Shown here one piece after another: positions 26,754 to 37,141 of a stretch of 64,000 bases of DNA. Under the pieces are notes generated by a model. That model did no database searches. It was not told the DNA's origin and saw only the letters and a program-made list of their open reading frames with translations. The stretch is from Takakia lepidozioides (Eukaryota; Plantae; Bryophyta). The first letter of the stretch is position 1; each line of letters opens with the position of its first letter. The position numbers and the translations under genes were made by a program. Location of the stretch: positions 39,122,001 to 39,186,000 of the forward strand of contig CM060732.1 in the NCBI GenBank assembly GCA_030704615.1. The letters run 5' to 3'.

Positions 26754-28760
26754 GATGTCATTGATGCCATCAGCTTGCAAATATATTTAATTGAATTGTT
26801 TGATTTTTAGATTTATTTTTTTTGCCAAATTTTGCCAAACAGATGGTGTTGACGCCATCAACTTCAAGATATACTTAAATTAATTTGATTCTCTTAATAT
26901 CAAATTCTGGTCATGGTTCTTTATTTAGTTATCTTTTGGCTCCGGATGGTGTTACGCCATCAGCCTCAAGATATACTTAATATTTATTTGAATACTTACA
27001 AAATAAATATAAATAAATAAATATTTGATTAATTAATATGTTTTTGGCAGTGTTAACGTCATCCGCTTTAAGATATGGATAAATATATTTGAATTTATAT
27101 TTTAAAAAACAATTGTTTTTAAATTTTTAGGTTTTTTAGCAGTTGTTTTTTTATTTTACTTTCTTTTTCGGGCGCCAGGGATGGCTTTGACGCCATAAGC
27201 TTCTAGATATACCTACTTATATATATATTCTTTGGATAGCATTGACGTCCTCAGGGTACACTCAAATTAATTTGAATTGTTTTTAAAATATTTTAATATT
27301 TAATAAATAAGCATTTAGTTATTAATTAATAATTATTAATAATTACTATTTAGTAATTAATGTTTCTTAATTGTCTCCGGATGGCGTTGACGCCATCACC
27401 TTCAAGGTATACTTAAGTCTATTTGAAATTATAAAACACATTTAATTTGTTTTCCTTGCTCATGATGGCATTGATGCCAGCAGCTTTAAGACGTACTTAA
27501 AGTTATTTGAGTTTTCAAGAAATAAATGTCTTGTTTAATTATCTTTTTATTTTTGCGCTCGAGATTCAAGATGATAATACTTCAATTTATTTGAATTTTA
27601 TTACTAATTTAGAACTATTTTGAGTATGATTATATTATTAATATTTGGCCCCTGATGGCGTTGATGCAAATCTTCAAGATATGCTTAAATTTATTTGAAG
27701 TTGTTTTGAAAAAAACTTTTTTCCGTCGGATGTCGTACAGGAATAAGTCTGAATCAGTGTTACTGTCAATATTACTCCTTGTGTCAATATTACATCTATG
27801 GTGTTCTACTCTATAATCCTCTCTGTTGTCCTCTACTCTGCTATCGTGTTAGTTAGTGTGTCTTGCTTTGTCATTGTAGTCTTGGGGTGTTTGTTCTGTT
27901 GGTCTTGGTCTTCATGGCTTGTCTTCTAGTCCTCTAGTCTTGTGGACTTCTACTCTGATTCAATGTTATTTTTACTTTATTCTTTCTTGGCTCAAATTTA
28001 TTTAAACATTTTTTCCAAGGCCTCTAGTTGGCGTTGACGCCATCAGCTTCAAGGTATATTTAAATTTATTTTATTTTTAAACGGATAATTATTTTTTTTC
28101 TCTATTTTTTTGGTGCTCCGAATGGTGTTGACATCATCGACTTTTCAAAAATAATTAAAAACAAAATACTTATTCAGGCTAGCTCCAGATGATGTTAATG
28201 CCGTCAGCTTCAAGGGACAATTAAAATGGTTTTCTTAAAATATAATTAATGATTAACTTTTACTCCTGATGCATCAGCTTCAAAATATGTTTAAATTTAT
28301 TTGTAGTTTTTAAAATAATTATTTATTATTATTATTTGGGCCTCGTGATGGCGTTCACGCCATTAGCTTGAAGATATGCTTAAATTTATTTGAATAATTG
28401 TTATTAAAATTATTTATTTATTTATAGCTCCGTATGACGTTGACGGTGAAGCTTTAAGGTTTGCTTAAATTTATTTGAAGATTTTAAAATAAGAATAATA
28501 GATATTATTATATTATATTATATTATATTTTTTCGGGGTCTCCTGCTGGCGTTCATGCCATCAGCTTGAAAATATGCTTATTTTTTTTAAAATAATTTTA
28601 ATAACATAAAATAATTTTTATTCATTTATTACTTATTTTAGCTCCGGATGATGTTGACACCATCAGCTTCAAGGTATGTTTAAATTTATTTGTGGTTTTA
28701 TAATTATAATTATAATTATTGTTATTGTTATTTTTTGTGTCTCCTGATGCGGTGAAGCAA
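26754..28760 (+). repeat. Left array: ~20 units of CTCCGGATGGCGTTGACGCCATCAGCTTCAAGATATACTTAAATTTATTTGAA separated by AT-rich linkers (period ~100 bp)
   Basis: Unit cores near 26754, 26842, 26945, 27046, 27180, 27235, 27380, 27464, 27562, 27654, 27729, 28027, 28121, 28188, 28268, 28347, 28433, 28545, 28647, 28746. Confidence 0.9.
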
Positions 28761-29204
28761 TGAGGATTACATGTATGCTCTCCTAAAGTGAGAATGAAAT
28801 TTTGAAAATTTCAAATGGCTCCTTTGTATGTCCAATGAGGGGGATATAATGGATATTCCAGCACATAGCTAACTGAGATTCGAGAAAGCTTCATAGAAGC
28901 TGGAATGTTTTGCAAAATGGAAATTCTTTTGGTGCAGTCATCTCTTGCAAGAAAGTAAAGATGAATGTAAAAAAGTTTAAGAAATTTTCAAAACCACATT
29001 TGGAGATGTGTTTTTGTATGTGGCAAAGTCATTTTCAAGTGAGGCTAATGTGAACGGCCGGCTAAACATTTTTGACAAGCTCTTTGGTGGGCCACCGGGG
29101 GTAGCCAAGCCACGTGCCCATTTCCGGCTGCCACGTACAATGGTCAACTTCCATGGCCATCCCACAATCAAACAAATGGTGGACCCACCTACAAATCATA
29201 CCTT

Positions 29205-31042
29205 AAATTTAAGCATACCTTGAAGCTGATGGGGTATCCGAGGCCAAAATAAATTATAATTAAAGAATTTTTAATAAGTTTTAAAATTAAAGTAATTTAA
29301 TTATTATTTGCTGGAAGCAGCAAACTGATGGCGTCATCTAGAATGTAAAACATAAAAATTTAAATTCAAATTCAAATTCAATAAATTCAAATAAATTTGT
29401 ACATACAGTGTTGGTCTGGTGTCTTGAATTGGAAATACCAAAAGGGTCCTGGTATGTAGTGCTATTTTCTTTTTAAGGTCGGCAGGTTTTCCAATAATGC
29501 AGCCCTTGAATTTTTCAAGTATGAATCTGGTATGCATAGATGGTTTAAAAAAAAATTCAATCCGGATATGAGCAATGGTATCCGAATGTCAATACCTTGG
29601 ATTAAATAATAAAAAATATTACTAGTAATCAAATTCAAATTCAATATTGAAATGGCCATTTGAATAGCCCTCATACATCATAAAGGTTGGGTGGCTTGAG
29701 CACAAGGGAAACCTGCTCATCTCAAAGGATACCAACCCCCATACAATTATACATGAAACCCTACATCTATAATATCTATAGTCTATATGTGCATATCAAC
29801 ATGATACCCGAACGGATTTGTAGCAACGAGTCGAGCTCTGGTAGGGGGCGGGGAAAAGAGAACCCTAACTGCCGCCTGTTAGGGTAGGGTATTGGGTTGG
29901 GTAGGGTAGGGTACTGCGAATGTTTATGGGAACAGAGAATAGTAGGTTAGATTAGGAGATACCTGGGTTGATGCCCGATTGATTCCTGATGAAACCTAGA
30001 TACTAGACCAACTTCACTGGTACATACCTTAACACCATCACGAGCCAAAATACATTTTATTTTTTATTTTTTATTAAAAAATATATATAGTAAATTTAAA
30101 TATACCTTGAAGCTGATGCGTCAAGGCCATCTGGAGAAAAAATAAATCAAATAAATAGAAACTTGTTTTTGAACATTATTCAAATAAATTTAAGCATATC
30201 TTTAATCTGATGGTGTCAACTCCATCCGGAGATCCAAAAAAAAAAAAGCACATCAGCTGGTAGCTCAGCTGGTAAGTGCACAGTGTGTTGCCCTGGTGGT
30301 TTGGGGTTCAAACCCGCTGTCCTGCCTGGTGTGTGTGACCGGTTGGTCTGATGGTGACATTCCACCTGTGTGCCTAATGGCTTATATGAACGGGGGTTAT
30401 TTTTTCCCCCTCCTCAAGGGCCTAAATTGTGAGCAGTCGCTCCCAGGTTTCCTTTAATGTTTTAAGAAAAAAAAAAAAAAAACATTAAATAAAATTAATA
30501 ATTATAAACAATCCAATAAATTTTAATCATACCTTGGGAGCTGATGGCGTCAACGTGATCCGGAGACCAAAAGAAAAATAACAAATTAATCCAAAAATCT
30601 TTTGATTTTCTTATATAAATTCAAATAGATTTAAACATATCTTAGAGCTGATGGCGTCAACCAGAGCCTATATAGATATATATATACCTTAATTGTTTTT
30701 ATTCAAATAAATGTAAGTACATCTTCAAGCTGATGGCGTCAATGCCATCCCTAACAAATAAAAAATCAAATAAAAAATCAAATATTTGTTTGGAAGACAT
30801 TCAAATAAACTTAAGCTTATCTTGAGGCTATCTATGGCATTGGGAGCCACAAAATAAAAACAAAAACAAAAAAGAAATTTATTTTAAAAAAAATCAAATA
30901 AATTTAAATATACCAGCTGCTGGCTTCAACATCATCTGGACCCAGAAAATCAAACATCATAAGTAAAAAAGATTTAATTTATTTGAAAAATAATTCAAAT
31001 AATTTTAAGCATGCCTTGAAGCTGATGACGTCAATGCCATCC
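29205..31042 (-). repeat. Right array: ~11 inverted copies of the same unit, interrupted by a ~700-bp segment and a SINE
   Basis: TTCAAATAAATTTAAG.ATA.CTTGAAGCTGATGGCGTCAACGCCATCCGGAG-like units near 29205, 29325, 30030, 30091, 30179, 30512, 30620, 30702, 30800, 30894, 30994. Confidence 0.9.
30248..30482 (+). mobile_element. tRNA-derived SINE, full length, nested in the foldback right arm
   Basis: Pol III box A TAGCTCAGCTGG (30261-30272), box B GGTTCAAACCC (30305-30315), conserved 3' body CCCCTCCTCAAGGGCCTAAATTGTG...CCCAGGTTTCCTT and a poly(A) tail. Inserted into an A-run. Confidence 0.88.
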
Positions 31043-31470
31043 ATTTACACATCTTCATCTCTGTTTTTTTTTTTTGGTAAAAAATTGACCATGTTACTAT
31101 ATGCTTTTCATTAACTCTATTGAATCTTTCAATGTACTATATTTTCACTATTTTTTGGCGATAAATGTGCACCAGAAATAGTGTCCAAAATTGATAGGAG
31201 AGAGGGCCAAAGCATACTTACAAATTGATAGCATTGAGTTTGCAATTAATGGTGTCAATGCTGTCAATTTGCGAGTCTGCTTTGGCATTCTCTCTACAAT
31301 ATTATTTTTAAGTTATTTCTGAAATTGTTTCTCTCTAATTTGTTAGTATTTATGGCAAAGCAGGCTTCGGGATTGATGGCCTTGCTGCATTGGAAAAATG
31401 ATAGAAGTTGAACTAATTCCACCATGAGCGAATGAAATAAATCTTATGTAATTTTTTTTTATCTTTTATA

Positions 31471-31699
31471 TTATTTTTAAAAAGAAACCTGAGAGCAACA
31501 GCCCACAATTTAGGCCCTTGAGGAGGGGGGAAATTTAACCCTCTTTCACTTATGGGCCATGAGACCTACATGACAAACAACGCCCAGACAGATAACCACG
31601 AACAATCTACACACGGATAGGGCAGTGCAGTGGGTTTGAACCCCAAACCACCGAGGTGACACGCTATGCACTTACCAGCTAAGCTACCAACCGATGTGC
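31471..31699 (-). mobile_element. Second copy of the tRNA-derived SINE
   Basis: The reverse complement reads GCACATCGGTTGGTAGCTTAGCTGGTAAGTGCA...GGTGGTTTGGGGTTCAAACCC...CCCCTCCTCAAGGGCCTAAATTGTGGGCTG...CAGGTTTC plus an A-rich tail. Confidence 0.88.
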
Positions 31700-32279
31700 T
31701 ATTTTCATTTCTTGTGATGATGTTTAGATTTGTGGTTCTTGTAGGGGAATACTTTTACGGTTTTCTCTTTTCTTTAGTTTAATGCAATGTATCTCCTACT
31801 TGATAAGTCCATTCTTGGAAGTAGATTTGTACTTTTCCATAGCATGATCAAGTTTTCTTGTTGCTTCCAAAATTGCAATTGAAACTCAAATGTAGTTTAT
31901 GCTTTGTAGCAAAAATATGTAATTATTGTCAAGAAGTGACGAAGTCGGTGGGATAGTCTTAGTGAATGTCATTGTCATGCATGTTATCATCAAGAGAGGT
32001 TTCCTGGACTGGTGAGAGACGGTCACCAAGATGAGACCAATATTACTTCTAGTTAAAATTCCAACATGAGTTTGTTTCAATGTCATTTATGAGTTTTGCA
32101 CAAATACGGTCAACACTCGATCTTTTGCTTAGTTGTTTGACTTCATAATTGTATAAAGTTCTTTGTCTCTCACGTGGTAAGTTAGTTCAAGTTATTGGTT
32201 CATAAAGTTGGTTTGTCTCGGTTGATGACATTTCTCTTGATATTTTAAATCATTGTTGATTTATAAGCATTCAAGGTTT

Positions 32280-32750
32280 TTGATACTTACAATGGTAATT
32301 CTTAATAAATGCTTCTAAATTATCATATAGATATTTCTAACTTAGAGGTTTCAGAGCTTATGAAGACAATGGTTGGTGATCTCACAAAACTTAAACCAAT
32401 GAGGTTTTTGTACTCATCATCTCCTCATCATAATTTGAAGAGCTCCATATAGCCTCTGGGACTTCAAGTCCTCGTTTCTAAGCCAATTTGTGTCTTGGTT
32501 ACAGAAAACGATCAACCTTGTGTGGAATGCATACAACCACTATGCGTATGATGTAAAGATGTCCATTGGCTATCGAGGTTTGCCCACAAGACTGAAGAAC
32601 CCCTCACATTGCATATGATGCTTGCGTAATGCGGAATTCAATATCTAAAAGTAGAATAAAATATATATTTTAAATTAGATATGAGCTTATAAAAATCAGT
32701 GCACTTTACATGCGTCCCAAACAAGTTGTCATCTTCAAGAATGAAGGTGG
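32280..32750. repeat. Decayed repeat fragment paralogous to 35240-36070
   Basis: Shared GATGCTTGC.TAATG.GG.ATTCA, CCAATTT.TGTCT.G....CAGAAA...TCAACCTTGTGT.GAATGCA and GTTGTCATCTT.AAG. Confidence 0.7.
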
Positions 32751-33343
32751 TCTGAATTGGATGATGGAGTGACAATCGGACGGGTTGTTACCGAGTGGAC
32801 AGAACCGCATGAAGATAAAGAATTTGTTCAGGGGTGGTCAAGGATTTGCAAGAATCTCATTACTAATGTGAAAAGAGATTGTAGCCATGAAAGAGAAGTC
32901 GAAGAATATTATTTTGACAATGTGAGTTTGAGTATGAGTTTGAATACAATTACCATCTGATGTACTCCAAAGTTGGCCACCCAAGGTCATTGCCAAACGC
33001 ACGATAACTTGTCCTGCCAAGCGTTTGAGACGATATTGTTCCACAAAATATTGGGAAAAATCCAGCAATTTATCCATCACAAACTTTACATCTGTATCAA
33101 GAACAATTAATTTAGGTCATTATTCTTTGTTTTAAACTTCACAATTGAGTGCAGAACCTCATCTAGCTCCTCGAAGTGGACGTCACCTACCCAATTCTTA
33201 TATGAACCGCATTACTTTTTGAACCAATTACTAAAAGAGAAAATATCTTATTCACGACAGAACCTAAGGGTAGCTGTAAATCACCTAAGTTAGTAAGTCG
33301 ACATTTTTGCAAAACCCAAGTTTTTTCATGTTGAATTTTAGCC

Positions 33344-34300
33344 ATGGCCAAATACCTTCAAAAATTGCGAGTGCAATTCGAAGAAGGCACCATACCCAAC
33401 TCCCTCAGAATGAGTCCTCCTAAATTTCAAATAGGAGATCCCGAGGCCCAATCCGTCCTTGATGTAAGCCTGGCTGAATGCACAACTGCATATCAGATCA
33501 AGTGCTTTGAAGCACCCATCAAAGCCCAAGAATCTCGACTTGCTAGCTTGACCCACAAGCTCAAGCAATCGAAACCGGTCTTTAAGACTCGCCTCTCGGA
33601 TTTGATTTCGGCTTTACGATCCTTAAATTTGATAGGTGACAAGTCTAAGTCTTCCATTGAGCCGTGGCATCTTCATCTTTGCAATATCTTTGTTACTCAT
33701 GTAGATACATTTCTCATTCACAAACAACTTTCCGACGTCAGCAAGGCCGTGGCAATCGCCGCTCGCAACGTTGATCGGGAAGGGACTATGGAAGAAGCGA
33801 AGACTCTCCCTGTGGAACCGTCCATTGCTACCCTCATAAAATGCGAGGTGGTCAGGGAAGTACTCTAGGAGGTGAAGAAGGTGGTGAATTCCATCCAGGT
33901 GAAACCTACGGCCCAGAAGCTTGGGACCAAACCGGCTAGTAAACCTAAGGTGAACATTGGCGGAAAGTCGGGAAACGACAAGCAGCATAAAGGTATCCGG
34001 GTCTCCACCCGTTCTGCTGCGTCACCTATCTCTTTCAAGAAGATGTCAGGCCCAAACCGCACAAACCAATTCTCGTACGAGAGGCCGGAAACCTTCAGCG
34101 AGGGTCAACGGAAAACCGGCCATGACGAAGGGTGCGACAACGACAAAGAAGCGGCCATATGTACCTTCTCACAGATGCGGGGGCGTACGAGAAGTCTCTT
34201 TTGGTACCCGCTCGTAGACCCTAAGGCCTACGTTGCTTTTTGCTAGGAAGACTTCTCGCATGAATGCAGGATTACCAACACCAATATCCACAACTATAGG
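33344..34300 (+). pseudogene. Decayed retroelement ORF, tentatively the N-terminal/ORF1 region of a Penelope-like element; one frame with two in-frame stops (33866-33868, 34244-34246)
   Basis: ~320 codons in one frame, GC-richer than the flanks: EEGTIPNSLRMSPPKFQ, helical middle, K-rich basic stretch, ending ...TNTNIHNY. The family call is from recalled motif resemblance only. Confidence 0.45.
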
Positions 34301-34325
34301 GTCTAGGGTTTAGGGTTTAGGGTTT
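34295..34325 (+). repeat. Short interstitial plant telomeric repeat
   Basis: TATAGGG TCTAGGG TTTAGGG TTTAGGG TTT. Confidence 0.8.
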
Positions 34326-35194
34326 TAAAGGAGAAATCCATTACTTCGGATCTCTTATTCCTTACTTTGGACTCTAGTGATTCTCCCATTGCCTTCAAAC
34401 CATCCCTGCTCATGGTATCCTATTGGTTCATCAAATGCTTCACCCAGGGAAACCAATGTATCTCAATGTTTTTCTGTCGTCCCTTTGCAGCCTCTACTTT
34501 GTTGTTCATAGGTTTTCATGAGGTGGAGTTGATGAAACTGATGTACATGTACATGATACAGAAGAGGAGAAACGAGACACTGCTTTGCGCCACCGAAGTT
34601 ACATCAAGAACAAAAAAAACCTCAAAGGAAATCAAATCCAAAACTGAGGTGACGGAGGCCCACGTGATGTACTTGGGAGCTATTCGACAAATCTCCCCGT
34701 ACCTATGTGCTGAACCTAGCAGCTTTGTAGGTAGGCTTGTCAATAAGCCAATTGGATAGATCCTCATCTCTAGACCAAGAGTATAAAACCACGCAATGTC
34801 CTCAAAGAACATATTATATTCCATTTGGGGAGGACCCAATGCTTTACGCTTGCTTACCCACTCATCTAGTTCACATCTTATGTCTATCTCAAATCTCTCT
34901 CATTGGAACTCAAATGTATGACACTCGATATATCTATCATCTACAGCTAGGTCCTCCGGTGCCACGTCCCACAGCCAAGCTGTGTTGTCGATTAGATGTG
35001 CAAAAAGATTAAAGAATCTCCAGACACCAAGGCCAAACGAGCAAAGCTCATGGCGCTTTACAAACAGCACATACTTCAAGTCGTCCTGCAAAGTTCGACA
35101 TGACCTGATACAACCGAACGCCACATCAGTATGCAGCCTTAGTTTCGTGAAGTACAAGCCATTTAAAGCTTTATAACATATGAACCCTATGAGT

Positions 35195-37141
35195 TATAAG
35201 TACTTGTAAGACAATTTAGAAACCTCTATGTCCAATGTAAGAGCTTACCATCAAGGTCTATCTAAGAGCAAGAAACCTCTATATAACTCTGCACGCGATG
35301 CTTGCATAATGTGGGATTCATTCTTGAAAATAAAGTATTTTAATGTAAATTTGAGAATGTAAAAATAAAAATAAAATTGTAATTCAAGTAGGTTTGGTGT
35401 ACTTACCAGCCATTGTCATCATAATCTCTCAAACCTCTTAGTTAGATATACTTTGTAACTTTAGAAATATCTATTATATTCTTGTAAGTATCAATTTCGC
35501 ATCGTAATTTAGAGAGCTTCATGCAGCCTCCAGGCCTCTTAAGACCTTGTCTCCGATCCAATTTTTGTCTGGCCCCAGAAACGGTCAACCTTGTGTCGAA
35601 TGCACTCAACTATCGGAGCATAGGGCTAAAGGCATGTATTATATTGACAGCAACATTTTATTTAAAGTTCGACTCTCTACGGATCCCAAGGGCTCATGCG
35701 CCATCGTGGTGGTACATGAACGCGGCATGGCAAATTCATGTCGTTCGAGTTGCACCTTTATGTGTTCCTAGAAATTTTTTGCTGCATGGCCATCGAGTTA
35801 TTCAAACAATGAACTCCATGGCTCATGACTTGGTGTGCACATGTTTAGTGCATGGGTTGGCCATTGAGGTCTACCCAAGAGACTAAAGGACCTCCTCAGT
35901 ACTTTGCACGCAATGCTTGCATAATGTGGAATTCAACAGCTGGAAATAAAATCAAATGCATTTCAGAATTAGATTTGAGAATGTCAAAATAAAAAAGTTG
36001 TGTGATTCAAATGGGTTTAGTGCACCTACATGGGTCCAAATCATGTTGTCATCTTAAAGGATAAAGATGATGTCAAACCTATCGTACGTCTTCTTGATGC
36101 ACATTTTCAACAACACTCAACCAAAATTACCATACATGTGCCTAAGCATGGCATAAAAGTGACATATTTGTCCACTTTATATGCTCTGAATGTCAAATCG
36201 CAATGGTCCTTACTCTTCATCGAATGTGTGTCCATGGGCTAGAACTGTCACTTGAATAAGAATATCGTTAGAGATTGGAATTCCGTGAAAGCACCTGCCA
36301 TTCAACTTTCTAGTCTTCATAACCTTTGAAATCTCTTAGAATACATGTGAGACAATTTAGAAACATATATTAAGAATTATCTTTGTAGTATAAAAAACCA
36401 TGAATACTTACAATCTTAAAAATCGCTTCGAGGCCTCCAAGAAATAAAAGAGTACATTTTATATTGTGGTGTAGTAAATCTATCGTGCGAATGAAAAGAT
36501 GCGAACACTACGGATCCACAATAGAAGAAGGGGATTATGAACTTATAGGATCACATTTGAGCAATTGAAGAAAGAGGATGATCGAGTGCAGACGGAGAAG
36601 GAACAAGTATTCAGCTCTTTATCTTCCAACATACAAAGAGCACAACACATGTCAGTAAAATCTATTTGTACTTTGGTTTCTTGGCCACAACCTTAATTTT
36701 TCTTGTTTATAGTTTTTGGTATGCTATCTTTCCATGAAAAACCTTATAGTCTTCGTTTCCTTATTCTACCTTGATATTTGACTTTGTTAGGTGTTTGTTG
36801 TGCTGTACAACGATAATTTTCTTCACTTCTTTTAAGCAAAGGTTGGTTTGTGAGGAGATTGCATTTGTTCTTAGGTTCTTCATTCATCAATTTCTTTTCC
36901 TACATTTTCTTCGAAAATGGTATTCAATCTCTTGTTTCCTGCTCTTGACGTCAGTTACAACTATAATATTTGGATTTTGCTTGAAAGAACATCATACAAA
37001 CGCCCTTTGTTCAAGATATTTATTTTTTCATGTGGACTAGAACATGTTCTCCTATGAGCATTGCAAATACTCTGTGTATTTGATTATATGACATAGTTAT
37101 TGATTCCATCTCTATTCATAATCAGCTTTCATCACCCACTT
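35195..37141. mobile_element. Decayed, internally repeated TE-like sequence (paralogues at 10785-11577 and 32280-32750)
   Basis: Direct self-similarity between 35240-35405 and 35860-36030; 36303-37141 matches 10785-11577; no intact ORF. Class unknown. Confidence 0.65.

Larger units (their letters stand above)
26430..31319. mobile_element. Foldback-like non-autonomous element: ~250-bp outer inverted repeats plus inner inverted arrays of palindromic ~50-bp units around a ~450-bp non-coding core
   Basis: 26430-26670 is the reverse complement of 31058-31319 (e.g. GTACATTGAAAGATTCA and AGTAACATGGTCA on the left, their complements on the right). Tandem units run in opposite orientation at 26754-28760 and 29205-31042. 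Confidence 0.8.

Noticed and set aside
30248-30325. tRNA gene
   Set aside because: Boxes A and B are present, but no convincing acceptor or anticodon stems. It continues into a shared 3' body and poly(A) found in three diverged copies, so it is a SINE.
26754-31042. CRISPR array (palindromic repeats with variable spacers)
   Set aside because: Eukaryotic context, no cas genes, degenerate repeats, low-complexity AT-rich spacers of variable length, and two inverted arrays inside outer inverted repeats. A foldback element explains it better.
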